DNA from: Amphiscolops sp. MND2022
Lineage: Eukaryota
DNA length: 64,000 nt
Direction of reading: 5' to 3'
NCBI GenBank assembly: GCA_964187785.1
Contig: OZ076409.1
Span: forward strand, 8,992,001 to 9,056,000
Shown: positions 1 through 13,204 of the stretch, one piece after another
Position numbering within the stretch: position 1 is the first letter of the stretch
How the letters are laid out: the number at the start of each line of letters is the position of its first letter
Notes under the pieces: model-generated
Database searches by the model: none
What the model saw: the letters and a program-made list of their open reading frames with translations, nothing else
Told to the model about the DNA's origin: nothing
Program-made: the position numbers and the translations under genes

Positions 1-729
1 GGTCAGGAGCTAAAAGATTTGATAAAAAGTCAAGAAAATTTAGCCCAAATAACCCATTCCAAATTAAAAGAAGATTTGTAACGCGATTTTGAAAATGACA
101 AATTGAAATTAATAGAAGAAAAAATGTTAGACCAAATACTAGACCCACAAGAAGTTCAAAATGTTTCATTAAACACAAAGTTAATCAATGATATTTATTC
201 CCAGTTTTCAGAACTTTCAAAAACCATAAGTAAGTTAGAACAATTTATGAAAAAATCTTTCGCCCAACAAAAACCGCTTTAGTAAATGAGGTACTAAATT
301 TAATACACAACAATAGTTTTGAAATAATAACAGTCCGTAACTTAAAATTTATGTCAACTCCGGGTCAAGCTGGAATGATTTTAATTGAAGATGAAGTAAA
401 CAATATTCTTAATAGCATAGATCGAAATAAAATCACTGTAACTAACAACATAATTCAACTGCTTTATGACAAAGGTTTGTTTGATTCTTTTCCTAATAAA
501 GATCAAGCTTTTGCAAATTGTCTAACCTTCAGTGAAACATACTTATTGGAAAAGTTGGAAAAACAATACCTACTTCAGATGGTGAATATTATCTGTCTGA
601 TCTAGAATATTCTACCAGAGAAAGTATTTTGAAGTCATTGAAAAAAGATTCCTATAAAGACTTTTTGATATGAAACACAGAATGAAAATAACACCAACGG
701 AAATAAATTTCATTTTATATGATTAATAA

Positions 730-1203
730 ATGGAACAAAAACTCTATCCTTCAATGACCACCTCCGCACCATATGATGTAGAATCATTGATAAATAAGCA
801 ATTAGCAAAAGTATCTAGTTTCAATATTTCTATTCAAAATATTAGTCTAATGATGAAATATTACGAATTGGAAGAAAAGAAATATAAGAAAAAATACATC
901 AAATACAAGCCAATAAATAACATAACTAACTCGACAGATGGTCTCATAATAATAGAAACAACTTCAGCATCAGTTACACTAAGTATTACTGTTGTGGGCA
1001 TTATAGTTGTTCCAATCACTGCAGGAGTTGGTTGTGCAACTGGTATTCTTGTTAAAATTTTTTCCGGTTATTTAAAGAAAAAGGAGCAAAATAATAAACT
1101 TGAGTACGCTATTATTCAGAAGACACTTGATGACTTTAGACAATTATTTACCACTAGCCTAAAAGTTATTCACATAGATGAAAAAAATATCACCAATTTG
1201 TGA
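730..1203 (+). CDS. Polinton ORF, predicted membrane protein with a hydrophobic segment flanked by Lys-rich regions (C-terminus possibly frameshifted)
   Basis: 157-aa ORF; hydrophobic SASVTLSITVVGIIVVPITAGVGCATGILVKIF; AATAAATG start context shared with other element genes. Confidence 0.6.
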   Translation: MEQKLYPSMTTSAPYDVESLINKQLAKVSSFNISIQNISLMMKYYELEEKKYKKKYIKYKPINNITNSTDGLIIIETTSASVTLSITVVGIIVVPITAGVGCATGILVKIFSGYLKKKEQNNKLEYAIIQKTLDDFRQLFTTSLKVIHIDEKNITNL

Positions 1204-1461
1204 ACAAGTATGAAAATTATCGCGTAGCTTCACAATCACAAAATATAACAAACAAGCGTGATACAGCAACACCGACAGCAACGCTCGCTACAACACTGAC
1301 ATCGCATATGCCATCCCATAAGCCATCGCATAATCCATACAATTTTTTATAATTAATTTATTCAATTTTAAATAAAAAGTGAAATAAAAATTAACACTCA
1401 TTATTTGAAAATACACTATTGAAAAATATACTGCTATTAAATTCGTAAATTTATTATAAAA

Positions 1462-3362
1462 ATGGAGAACTGTAGTATTTGTTATTCTGATTATAAAAAG
1501 GCTTTCAAGTCTGATCATCTAAAATCAGTAAAACATTTAGAAAAATTAAATCATTATTATTGTAAAAAATGTAATAAATTTATGCCCCTATCAGACAAGT
1601 CAAATCATTTAAGTTCAGACCAACACAAGAACAAAACCAAACAGCAACACATTTGGTGTGAAGATTGCGGTAAATACATTGGTGATAAAACAAGACATTT
1701 CCAAAGTGAAATTCACAAAGCCCACGCAGCATCGTACACAGCCTCACAATTACTTATACACTTTGATGTGGAAACTTTACCGGGTGTGGAAGTAATTGTG
1801 AATGAAAAAACATACATTAAGCTGAGAGTAAAACCAAGTGACGCAGCTTCGCCAAATCTTGAACATCACATAAATGAACTACTAGATAAAAAATACTTTC
1901 CCCGATATAAATATCAATTGAGTTATTTAGCTAAGTTTTCAAAAATAGTTAATGGAGAAGAAAATGTATTTCACAAATTGGTTAAATCAGATTTTAATTA
2001 CAATCACACACAAGATTCAATTCGCGCAGCTTTGCACAACACATTAATGCAGAAATTAGATGATGAACAATTAGAAGGATCAGGTTTTGTGTTAAACGGT
2101 ATTGTCAATGTTATATTAGAAATATATAAAGGTAATGATATTCAAGCTTCTTCGTGGGTTGAGGGGCCAGAAAAATATAAGAAAAATGAATCATTTATTA
2201 ATATAAAAAATGATGATCATTTTTGTTATCTATGGTGCATCCTAGCACACCTTTGTCCCGTTGAGGATCATAAAAATAGAACATCAAATTATTCAATACA
2301 CTTCGATAAACTCAACCTGAGATGATTGGAATTCCTCATGAAAGTTAAAGACCTTCCCAGGTTTGAAAACTTGAATAATTTAAACGTAAAGGTTTTGAAC
2401 TCACCGGAACAGTATTAACACCAATTCATCATAACAAAAATTACTTCAACCACAAGTTGACTTGCTGCTGTTTGAAAATCACTATTGTCTAATAACAAAG
2501 TTGCATAGTCTAATGAATAAGGATTCACACATGAAATGGGTGTGTAGAAGATGTCTAACTGCATTTAGTTCTGAGGATATTCTCAATCAACACATTGACC
2601 GTTGTCAAAAACAACAACCAACTAATATCACATTCAGTTGGAAAGATCAGTTAAAGTTCGAAGATTGTCATATGAAAGTTCCTGTACCAATAAAGGTATA
2701 TGCAGATTTTGAATGTATTAATCAACCCGCAAGTGACCGCGAAGCTGCGCTCAAAGTATTATTCAAACAAATTCCAGTTGCAGTAGGCTTTTATCTAATT
2801 TCACCATTTGGGAACGAGTACTACTCATACTTTGGAGTAGATTGCACCCAAGGCCAGCAAAGCGCCATAGCATGGTTTGTAAATGAAATGTTGACTTTAG
2901 AAAAAATTGCATCGGAAAATTTCGAGACTAATATTCCTCTTGAAATTGAAGATGAAGAATCATTTCAACAATCCAAAGTGTGTTGGCTTTGTGAACAAGC
3001 ACTACGCGAAAATCCACTCGGTGAGGATATAGTTCGAGATCACCATCACCTTACAGGCAAGTACCGAGGAGCAGCTTACAACAGGTGTAATTTAAATTGT
3101 AAAAAAAGTCAAGTTCGTTTGTTCCCATATTTTTCCATAATTTCAGTGGTTATGATTGTCATATTATATTTGAAGAACTCTTAACACAAGCTTATAAAAT
3201 TGGGTATGAACCAAAATAATATCCTAAGTCAATGGAAAATTTTGTAAGTGTGCAAGTAGGTTGTTTAAGGTTTTTAAACTCATACCGTTTTCTAAGCACC
3301 AATTTGGATAAATTAGTCAAGAGTTTAAACAGTTTCCCAATAATGGATGAAAATGGGTTTTA
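1462..3362 (+). pseudogene. polB: Protein-primed family B DNA polymerase, 5' part (N-terminal zinc fingers, exonuclease region), disrupted
   Basis: ORFs 1462-2325, 2462-3184 and 3232-. Motifs INIKNDDHFCYLW, YADFE, VRDHHHLTGKYRGAAYNRCN, RFLNSYRFL. Cut at 3362 by an LTR. Confidence 0.9.
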
Positions 3363-4304
3363 TGTTGGCGCCAGTCAATTGCGAGATCAGAAACTCAAAT
3401 TCGAACGTGACTGATGAAACTTAGAACTCGAAACTCTTATAAAATTTTGTCAGGATTTGAGTTAGAATATTACAAGTTTCAGCAGAAATATGCCTGAGGG
3501 AAAAAACACCACCCCCCGTCCCGGTAAACCACTCATTCAATCACCTTGAAACTTGGTACACGTATAGTAGTGGTGCTACGCTAACTTTTCACTTGGGACA
3601 CCGAACCCCGTTTCTTCCCTGGGTTCCGAGCTATTAACAACTAAAGTGACCTAGGTCGGACCCCATGAATTACCCAATTTTGATGTAATAATTATTATGT
3701 GATTTTCTCAAATGACCTTGAAGGAAATGTAACTCTGTTGCAATTAATGATGTTTACATTGTGTAAACATACTTTCTAACCCACCTGATCAACATGCCAA
3801 AACCACCACATTCTTGTTTACATAGCCAATAACTTCATATTATGCTTTAAATGTCATTTATTTATACAACATATTTCAACTGATATTTGCTTATATTTAC
3901 TGTAGAATTGTAAACCACATTTATACCATTATTAGATAGAGATTTCTCCACTGAATAGCTATAGTCAAGTTGGGTCTCAGGACCGCGAGACTAATTGATA
4001 AACTTCTCAATCTTCACAACTTTTCGCTAGAGTCAGAGCGACTAAGTAGCTACTCTCATAGTTGGAGAGCCGGAGCGCGTGAAGATACTGTGAGGGAAGT
4101 GTGTGCAGGATCACATCGGATCCAATTCAGTGAAAAGAGGGATCGCAGGAGATCCCACGGGTCACATCGGACCCATCAAGCCAAAAGATACAGTCCTTTA
4201 AAACCAGGAATTGTTTAGTGACGGTCCACAGCACTAAGCAACGGATCAGGGCGGCGTAAAGCTTGTCAAGCCTCAGCGCAGGATAAGGGCAAGCAGCCGT
4301 TACA
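3363..4304 (+). repeat. 5' LTR of Bel/Pao element
   Basis: TGTTGGCGCC...CCGTTACA; near-identical to 8976-9917. Confidence 0.95.
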
Positions 4305-4306
4305 TT

Positions 4307-4323
4307 TGGTCCGCCGACCCGGA
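4307..4323 (+). promoter_or_regulatory. Primer binding site (tRNA-Tyr-like)
   Basis: TGGTCCGCCGACCCGGA, 2 nt after the LTR; resembles the TGGTCCTTCGAGCCGGAT tRNA-Tyr PBS typical of Bel/Pao. Confidence 0.75.
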
Positions 4324-4427
4324 CAACTCGTTGGTGGACGACCCGGACTAGAAGAAGACGACTCGTTGGTGTACAACAGAAGTTTGCCCAGAAAGAACAA
4401 GTGTCTGATTCTTGGAGTCTCTGACTT

Positions 4428-4660
4428 TGTGCCTCTGGGAGATTGGGCTACTGTGTCTCTGGGAGATTGGGCTACTGTGTCTCTGGGAGATTGGGCTATT
4501 GTGTCTCTGGGAGATTGGGCTATTGTTTCCCTGGGAGATTGGGCTATTGTGTCTCTGGGAGATTGGGCTATTGTGTCTCCGGGAGATTGGGCTTTTGTGT
4601 CTCTGGGAGATTGGGCTATTGTGACGACTCTGGGAGTTTGGGCAATTGTGACTTTGAGAA
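4428..4660 (+). repeat. 24-bp minisatellite (~9 copies) in the 5' leader of the Bel/Pao element
   Basis: Unit TGTGTCTCTGGGAGATTGGGCTAT; explains the several overlapping repetitive ORFs. Confidence 0.92.
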
Positions 4661-4681
4661 TTGTTTTGATCAAGTGAAGAA

Positions 4682-7600
4682 ATGGCAGAACCTAAACGGT
4701 TCCATATCAACAAAGTTGAAAACTTTCTGAAGAACTCTGCTGACAAAGCCCAAACGTTGAGTTATTGGAATGCAGCTGTCGAACACGGTAAGACTTCAAA
4801 GAAATTGATGAGAACCTAGCTAGCAATGTTGACGACAAGCAGATAGCAGATTTGCTGTTAAGACGAACAGATGCCATAAACAGGAGAGAACGGCTCATTA
4901 AGGCAGTCGAAAATGCAATCAAAGTCAAGTATCAACCACAGATACCCGAAATCTTTTCAACAGTGAACAAAGAAATTCAGAGCCGATTGGTTGGGTTGCA
5001 GCAGCAAAGCTCTAGCATTGGAAGGGTGAAAATACTGATGTCAGCATTGCAAGATGAGAATCAGATACTAAACTACTTGGACCTTGACGAAAAGAAACGT
5101 GCTATTGATAAACTAATGGTTAGCAACGAAAAGTTGCGGGAAGATTCAATCGCAAATGGCAAAGTTGTCGACGAAGAAGATTATGCTGCAGCATGTCACG
5201 AATTGCTGCAGAAAAGGTCTGACATTAAAACGAAAATTGAAAATCTGCTGAAGTCAGGAGAAGGAGGAGCCATTTTGCGAAATCTTGAAGATGCTGAACA
5301 AAGACTGGCAGACGCTCGTGTAAACTCGACAGCAGACAAATCCAGTAAAAATTGTACCTCGCCACAAAAGAAACCACAACCAGACGACGAGCAAAAAGAA
5401 GACGATGGTCACATTGCGGATGATAGCCAAGAGCTACGAAATAGAGCTAGATCACTGCAAATAGAAGAAATGAGTATATATTCGCAAGGTGACAAAACCA
5501 AAAGTAACAAAACGTCTCTGATTTCGAAAACATCAAGTGCAAGACGAGTTCTGCACTTGGAGCTGAAAGCTTTGAAAGAACAAGAAGAGCTGCAGGCTGG
5601 GCTGACGCAACTAAAACAAAAGGAAATAGCTGACTTGCAAGAAGAGCTGGCCCGCAAGGCCAAAATTGCTGAAAAGGAAATAGAGATGGCAAAAGTTTCG
5701 AGTAGTTGTGGGTCCAGCTTCCGAAGTATCTCACCAGTCGGGACTCCAGATGACAACCTGACGAAAGTTTCAGGATGGATGGACAAGACAGAAGAAGCTG
5801 AAAACGTGGCATTGTCGATTAACGTGCAACCAGGTTACCAGCAAACGTCCGTCTTAGCACCAGCGATTACAGTACGATCAACTTATGGAGGACAATGTTC
5901 CGCGCAAGTGAGGGACTTGAAACCCTCAGTGCAACCGACCAAAGCGACAGAAGCAGTTGTGCGAGATAATGAAAGGGACAGAACAAAGACTGTCAAAGGT
6001 GCTGTCAGTCAAACTGAAACAGTACAACCAGAAGTGAAATTCGCCTCATCGAAGCCGTCGATGACTCTCAGTGCAGACCCGAATCGGTTACCGTCTACGT
6101 TTGGAGGCATCCCGAGTGGTGCATTTCAAGTACCACAGCTTGCGAACACACAGAAGCAGTATGCGCCAAGTCAAGGGCCAAGCATAGTGTCGAACGTAAG
6201 AGACGACTATTTCATCAGATCAAGCTTGCCAAAACTGAAGTTGGCAGAATTCTCAGGAGACCCGTTGGAGTGGTCAGAGTGGTCACAACTGTTTCAAGCA
6301 ACAGTCCACGCAGCAAATATAGACGACAGTGTGAAGATGAATCACCTGAAGACGATGGTAACGGGCAAAGCCAAAGAGGCGATTGCTGGCTTGGGATACA
6401 CAGCTGAGATGTACAATGTGGCGTGGAACGTGCTAGTTCGAAACTTTGGAAAACCGCAGATGGTCGTAAATGCTCAGCTGAAGCGAATATACTCCTTTCC
6501 GCCGATGAAACCTTATGATGGAGCCGCATTGATCAAGTTTGCGAGAATAGTGTCGAGTTGTGTGAACGTTTTGACACAATTCAACTACGTGGGAGACCTA
6601 AACTCAGAAGGAGTTCTGGGCAGCGCCACAAGGAAGTTAACACTGGACATGAAAACGAAGTGGCTCACTTATGTCAAGCAAATGAACCTGTATCAACCTG
6701 GACTCGCTGTATTCAGTGAGTGGCTCAGTGATATAGCAGACGTTCAAGATGAATTGCTATTTTATTCGAATCCAAATGCTGATCGCGCGAAGACGAGCTA
6801 CAAGGAAAAGGCCGAAGGATCTTCGTTTGCAACATCAGCAACAAACACAGCAAATGACAATTCGAAAACTCAGCGAGAGCGTGTGTTGAAAGATGGTCAA
6901 CACCCGATATGGAAATGTGAGAAGTTCAAGATGATGAACGCCGAAGAAAGAGGACAAAAGGCAAAAGAGCTGAAACTGTGCTTCAAATGTTTGTCAGACG
7001 CACATCAGATGAGAAATTGCTCTGGTTGACTCTGTGACGTCAATGGTTGCGGAAAACCTCATCACAGATTGCTACACAGACCATACAAGAACGTGGAACA
7101 AAAACAAAATGTTGAAAATGTCGAAGAGGTCTCCAATTTGTCATCAATGAAAAGCAGTGGAGTGCTTCCAGTCATTCCAGTAACGATAGGGAGTAGGAGG
7201 AAAACTCCGAAAACGTTCGCTTTATGCGACTCTGGATCAAGCCTGTCCTTTGTGGACGAGAACCTTATGAAAACGCTAAATCTGACGGGACAGCCAATGG
7301 ATTTGAATGTTGCAGGGATTCATGGAACGTCAGATATTAGTAGCAAACGACTTCGAGTCAAGATTGGAGATCAAGACGGAAAAGTCAAAGAAGATATCAT
7401 GGCCTATAGTCATCCCGACGTAAATGCAGGAAATCGAACGTACAACCTCAAGAAATTGAAGGAAGAATATCCACACCTGTCAGTGCTGAAAGATTCTACC
7501 ATCAGTTTGAAAGATGTCAAAGTCATTTTGGGCCAAGATTGTTACCACTTGCATAGAGCAATCGACTATAGAAAGTGTGGAAACGCAAAACCCTGGGCAG

Positions 7601-9027
7601 TGCGAACGAAGCTCGGATGGATGCTCAGTGGACCCTTGCCTCAACAAGAAACTGCGAAGCTCGCCAATGAAAGTTTGGTTTTTGCAGATGTGGATCCATT
7701 GGTGGATCAGATGAAAACTCGGTCGAGCATGGAATTGTATACTTCCCACTGCAGCGTATCCGAAATGTCCAAGGAAATAACGGAGAACTCACCAGACATA
7801 TTCGTTGTAGAAAGAAACTGGCAGGAAGTCAGTACTAAACCCCTCCTTTTGGAGATCAAGCAAGTCTGGCAAGACGAAATGCACCTAGCTGTGAGTGACC
7901 ATATGATAGTCGAAAAAGACGAAAACATGGGTTTCCCAATTGTAGAAGAAAAGAACCAACATGAAAGTTTTGCAATTAAATCAAACCTCCGAACCTTGGA
8001 AGAATTTACTGTGATGCTTGATTTGGTGAAACAGAATATGGATGTCGCCTCTGTGCGACAGCATGTGAAAGAAAAGCAATCAACTCAGAAGCAAGCAATA
8101 AAGCTCGCTGTCAACACTCTAACACATGAAGAGGGAAGAAAATGTTCTCAAATGGACATAAAAATTGAATTCGTAAAAGAGTGTCATGTCGAACTTCATG
8201 AATATTCAAGAGGAAAAGCGATGTATCGAAGACGCTCCAATGATTTGTTGAAAGGCGACCAACCGTCTGAAGAGAACACACGTGATCGAACAAAAACCGT
8301 AAAGAGGTCATTTTGTAGAAAACATGATGTTGAGCTGAAAGAAGAACTGCTGGACAAAATTATTCCAAACGACAGCGAAATTTGTAACAATTGGTTAGGT
8401 ATTGGAATTTCGGGAATGGATGCAGTGGCACAAGCTAACCTTAATGCGTACACCAAACCCAAACTGAGCAATGGCCACCCCAAGCAAATCGAGAAGCGAG
8501 CTTGGAAGTTTGAACATACATCAAACCTATTACATGGAATGGTTGAAAGTGTTCAATTGACAACTGGCATCCTATATGCAAAGATTGTGATTGATGAATT
8601 TGCAGATGAAATATCACTAATGGAAACGCGATTGGGTTCTTCAAAAGCACAAACAACAACAAGTTCGGAAAATGGGCCTTTCATAGGGCCGGCTGTATCA
8701 TGGGAAGAAATGATGATGCAACTTCAATTCTTTGGAAAATGGAATAAAGAAGAAATTAGACAACTTGAAGTTTATGATTTGGTTTGGAAAGTGGATGAGA
8801 ATGTGAAAAGAGCACATTACAAGATGGCTAGAGTGTTAGAAGTTTATCATAGAAGCAATAGGCGAGTGAGATCAGCGCTGATGAAAACTGAAGATGGAAA
8901 ACTCAAAAGACCAGTAGTGAAACTGGCACCCATGTTCAACGAAAGTGTTTTTCGGGAGAAAAACAGGGCCGGCAATGTTTGCGCCAGTCAATTGCGAGAT
9001 CAGAAACTCAAGTTCGAACGTGACTGA
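4682..9027 (+). pseudogene. gag: Bel/Pao gag-protease polyprotein fused to the Bel/Pao C-terminal (DUF5641-like) domain; early frameshift and in-frame TGA at 7027-7029
   Basis: LPKLKLAEFSGDPLEW (DUF1759-like), CFKCLSDAHQMRNC knuckle, LCDSGSSLSF protease, TKLGWMLSG, ARVLEVYH..RVRSALMKT...KRPVVKLAP. ORFs 4852 and 7069 are in the same frame. Confidence 0.85.
8954..8975 (+). promoter_or_regulatory. Polypurine tract of Bel/Pao element
   Basis: GGGAGAAAAACAGGGCCGGCAA directly before the 3' LTR. Confidence 0.65.
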
Positions 9028-9917
9028 TGAAACTTAGAACTCGAAACTCTTAGAAAATTTTGTCAGGATTGGAGTTAGAATATTACAAGTTTCAGCAGAA
9101 ATATGCCTGAGGGAAAAAACACCACCCCCCGTCCCGGTAAACCACTCATTTAATCACCTTGAAACTTGGCACACGTATAGTAGTGGTGCTACGCTAACTT
9201 TTCACTTGGGACACCGAACCCCGTATCTTCCCTGGGTTCCGAGCTATTAACATTCAAAGTGACCTAGGTCGGACCCCATGAATTACCCAATTTTGATGTA
9301 ATAATTATTATGTGATTTTCTCATATGACCTTGTAGGAAATGTAACTCTGTTGCAATTAATGATGTTTACATTGTGTAAACATACTTTCTAACCCACCTG
9401 ATCAACATGCCAAAACCACCACATTCTTGTTTACATAGCCAATAACTTCATATTATGCTTTAAATGTCATTTATTTATACAACATATTTCAACTGATATT
9501 TGCTTATATTTACTGTAGAATTGTAAACCACATTTATACCATTATTAGATAGAGATTTCTCCACTGAATAGCTATAGTCAAGTTGGGTCTCAGTACCGCG
9601 AGACTAATTGATAAACTTCTCAATCTTCACAACTTTTCGCTAGAGTCAGAGCGACTAAGTAGCTACTCTCATAGTTGGAGAGCCGGAGCGCGTGAAGATA
9701 CTGTGAGGGAAGTGTGTGCAGGATCACATCGGATCCAATTCAGTGAAAAGAGGGATCGCAGGAGATCCCACGGGTCACATCGGACCCATCAAGCCAAAAG
9801 ATACAGTCCTTTAAAACCAGGAATTGTTTAGTGACGGTCCACAGCACTAAGCAACGGATCAGGGCGGCGTAAAGCTTGTCAAGCCTCAGCGCGGGATAAG
9901 GGCAAGCAGCCGTTACA
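8976..9917 (+). repeat. 3' LTR of Bel/Pao element
   Basis: Copy of 3363-4304 with scattered substitutions. Confidence 0.95.
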
Positions 9918-11712
9918 TTTATGGATGAAATATTCAAAAAAACTGGGCTTATCCTTACGAATATCCTAACCTCGGTAATTTTCAGGAACCGTTAAATCTA
10001 ACAAAAGAAGTTTTCTGGTCAACACTAAAACAAACAATTCCACCAGATGAAGAAATTAACCGAACACAAGAAATTATTAAAAAGTTTAACGTAAAAAACG
10101 GACAAGAATTAACTATGTCGTAATTAAAAATGGATGTTCTACAATTAACTGACGTATTCGAAAACTTTGTTGAGAAGGCTACACTTGAATACAGCATCAA
10201 TCCTTTGTACTCCTATTCTCTACATAGTTATACATGGAAAGCTGGTTTAATATTTACTAATATTAAATTAAATTTCATAAAAGATAAAGAATTATTTCTA
10301 CTACTTGAGAATAATGTTCGTGGAGGAATTTCAAGTGTAATGGGACCTCGTTATACTGAATCGGATGAAAATACGAAACTTTTATACATTGATGCAGATA
10401 ATCTTTATGCATGGGCAATGAGTCAATACCTTCCTACTGGAGACTTTAAAAAGATAAAGCTCTGTTGTGAATATGATTCTGTACTGATGAATGAAATTAA
10501 AGAAGACATTTTGAATACACCAGATGATAATGAATATGGCTACTTTATAGAATGTGATTTGGAATATCCAGCAGAAATTAAAGAATAAACCGAAAACTTT
10601 CCATTCTGTCCTTATAAAACAAAAGCAGATCCAGAGTTGTTTACAACGTATATGAACAGTGTAAAACAACCCAACTACAAACCAACCGAGAAACTTATGT
10701 GTGACCTAACAAACAAACAAATATATATGATACACTACAGGATGTTGAAATTTTACACTAAAATGGGGATGAAAGTAACAAAGATACGTACAATTTACAG
10801 ATTCAAACAATCACTTTGGTTAGAAAAATATACTAATCATAACACCCAAAACCGCATCAAAGCAAAAACAAACTTTGAAAAGGATCTCTACGAGCTTATG
10901 AACAATGTTTTTTTTTTGGTAAGACAATGAAAAATGTAAGAGAAAGAGTAAACTTAGATATTATCCCCCACACCAATATTGATCAAATAATAAAAAGACA
11001 ATCGAAGTTAAGCTTCAAAGGAATAAACATGCATTACTCCACGTTTAGTTTATACAAGTTTGATAAAGAAAAGACCGTTTTTGATAAATCAATTTACTTG
11101 GGATTCTCTGTTTTAGAATTGAGTAAATTGTTAATGTATGAGTTTTATTATCACAAATTACAATCATACTACAACAAAAATGTCAAACTGCATTATATGG
11201 ATACAGACTCATTCATTTTAAGTATTAAAACTGGGGACCTTACAAAAGACTTGGAATATTTCAAAAATGATTTTGATTTCAGCGAGCTCGATGAAAATCA
11301 TGAGTTGTATGATACTATTAACGAGAAATGTTTAGGTAAAATGAAACTAGAAACATCACCAATCATTGAATTAGACAACTTCGTAGCTTTGAGATCTAAA
11401 TCATATTCTTTTAGCTATGGGGCAACGCAAAAGACAGTTCAGAAGTCAAAACAAGAAAGAATACAACATACACCACCCTACACACAATTTATAAATTCAT
11501 TATATAAATCTGAAACAACTACTGCAACTAATTATTCTATCCGTTCAGATGCTCACAATTTAACTGTTCAAAAGCAAGATAAACTAGCTTTGAATCTTTT
11601 TGATGACAAGCGTGTGTACCTAAATCCAATACAAAGTTTATCATGTGATAAACACACCCAGAAAGGTGATTGTCACTGTATATATTGTTTGAAGTTAATT
11701 GGTTTGTATTAA
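9918..11712 (+). pseudogene. polB: Protein-primed family B DNA polymerase, 3' catalytic part, disrupted
   Basis: RGGISSV, YIDADNLYAWAMSQYLP (motif A), LYELMNN (motif B, altered), YMDTDSF (motif C), LNLFDDKR; several stops and frameshifts. Confidence 0.92.
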
Positions 11713-11942
11713 AAATAATTGAGCACAAGTGAAACGGATGGGAAGCCCCTCCGAGATGAAGAAATATACTATAACATTTGGACTCTGAAAGAAAAATTGA
11801 ATCATCAACAGCTTTCAAATCTGATGAGTGATCGGGCCCATTTATTGTGACACACATCTTTTATGATTGCGCGAAGCTACGCGAAGCTAATTATAATTAT
11901 CATTTTTTATCTTTATTTATATTTTTTAATATAATGTATTTA

Positions 11943-13180
11943 TCATAATAAATCAAAATGCCTTTGTCCATCACTACTAATACTTATTAGTTTTGAGGTT
12001 AGAACTAAGGCAAAGGCTATATAATCTGCTACACCAAAAGCAGCATTAAATTTGAATTCTACACGGATTGGTTGAGAAGCTATATGGTCTTTTTGTTTGG
12101 ATAAATCGAAAACATAAAAATTATAACTTCTTCTGATTTTGTGCAAATCAATAAAATGTTTGAGTAGATTACACTCAGAGTGTAAGATTTAACAGTTTTC
12201 GATTTCACTGTATGCTTGATCATATTTGTCGCTGTCTTAGTCACATTTTATTCCATCATCGGGATATTTTTCTGATCCTATTTTACAAACAGCATTACTA
12301 ACCGAAAGTCTATCAAATGTTGCCCTATCGTGTGTTTGTGAATCAATTTTATTTCTAGCTTGAAATCCAACAATCACAAAAGTTGGTGTCGATTCTCCAC
12401 TATTACCTAACTCAAATGTCCAATTGTTATTGGTGTTAACACCTTCTCTAAAGACGGTACGTTCGGTGTAGTACAACTCGGTTGGGTCTTTATTTAATAT
12501 TCGATTAAGTTGTTGGTTTTCTAAGCTAGGAACATAATGTGGAATATACCAACTTATGTCTTTTAGAACCACTTTTGCGGCATCCAGTCCAGCACATCCT
12601 ATGATAACATCAATACTACTATTCCGTTCTAAAGTAAGAGTGTAGCCCAATCCATGAGTTATTTTTTCTTGATCAGCAAATCCAAACAAGTCTTTCCGTT
12701 TTATTTTCACAAAGAATGTTCCTTTCTCTGTCTTATTGTTCGTTAGTTCTTGTCTTCTGATAGTAGTACTTTCTTCAAACCCATACATCAATTGGGAAAT
12801 TTGTTGACTACTAGTTAAACGTTTATACATTAAACAAATTGGGTGCAAATTGTCAACTTTTTCCAGGTGTTTTCCACTAGATGTTGTCAGCTTAGCTTCA
12901 CTAAATAAAGCAACGGGCCCAAAGTTAACCAAGCTTATTTCATCACCGTTGGCATATCATGTATCATCGTTTATAAGTACTTCGAATTCAACACTTATGA
13001 ATGAGTGTTGCAAACATATGTATGCATCTTCTCTTGGCAAACTGACACTTATATTCGAGTTGGTGATTTTAACTGTCGCCAAACTACTCGGTGAGTATTT
13101 TATAAAATCATTTTTTGAATAGGTTTTTCGAGTGTGTATTTACTTTTTAAAGAAAACATTGAACGCGAAGCTGCCTCCAT
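11943..13180 (-). pseudogene. Major capsid protein (double jelly-roll), disrupted
   Basis: ATG at 13180 (MEAASRSMFSLKSKY...LPREDAY...VNFGPVALFSEAKLTTSSGKHLEKVD...FVIVGFQ...YVFDLSKQ); ~410 codons; resembles Polinton MCP. Confidence 0.75.
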
Positions 13181-13204
13181 CTATAATAAAAAATTATGGG
13201 AAAA

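Larger units (their letters stand above)
3363..9917 (+). mobile_element. Bel/Pao LTR retrotransposon, non-autonomous (no recognisable RT, RNase H or integrase core), inserted in polB
   Basis: 942-bp direct repeats with TG...CA ends; TTTA on both flanks; PBS and PPT present; Bel/Pao-type gag, protease and C-terminal domain. Confidence 0.92.

Noticed and set aside
3358..3362. Canonical 5-bp Bel/Pao TSD
   Set aside because: Flanks are TTTTA and TTTAT; only 4 bp (TTTA) match exactly, so a 5-bp TSD is not claimed
3970..4218. 82-aa ORF duplicated at 9583-9831
   Set aside because: Lies within the Bel/Pao LTRs, has a TTG start and no motif
4266..4746. Five overlapping repetitive ORFs, or a CRISPR-like array
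   Set aside because: A 24-bp head-to-tail minisatellite without unique spacers; the ORFs are by-products
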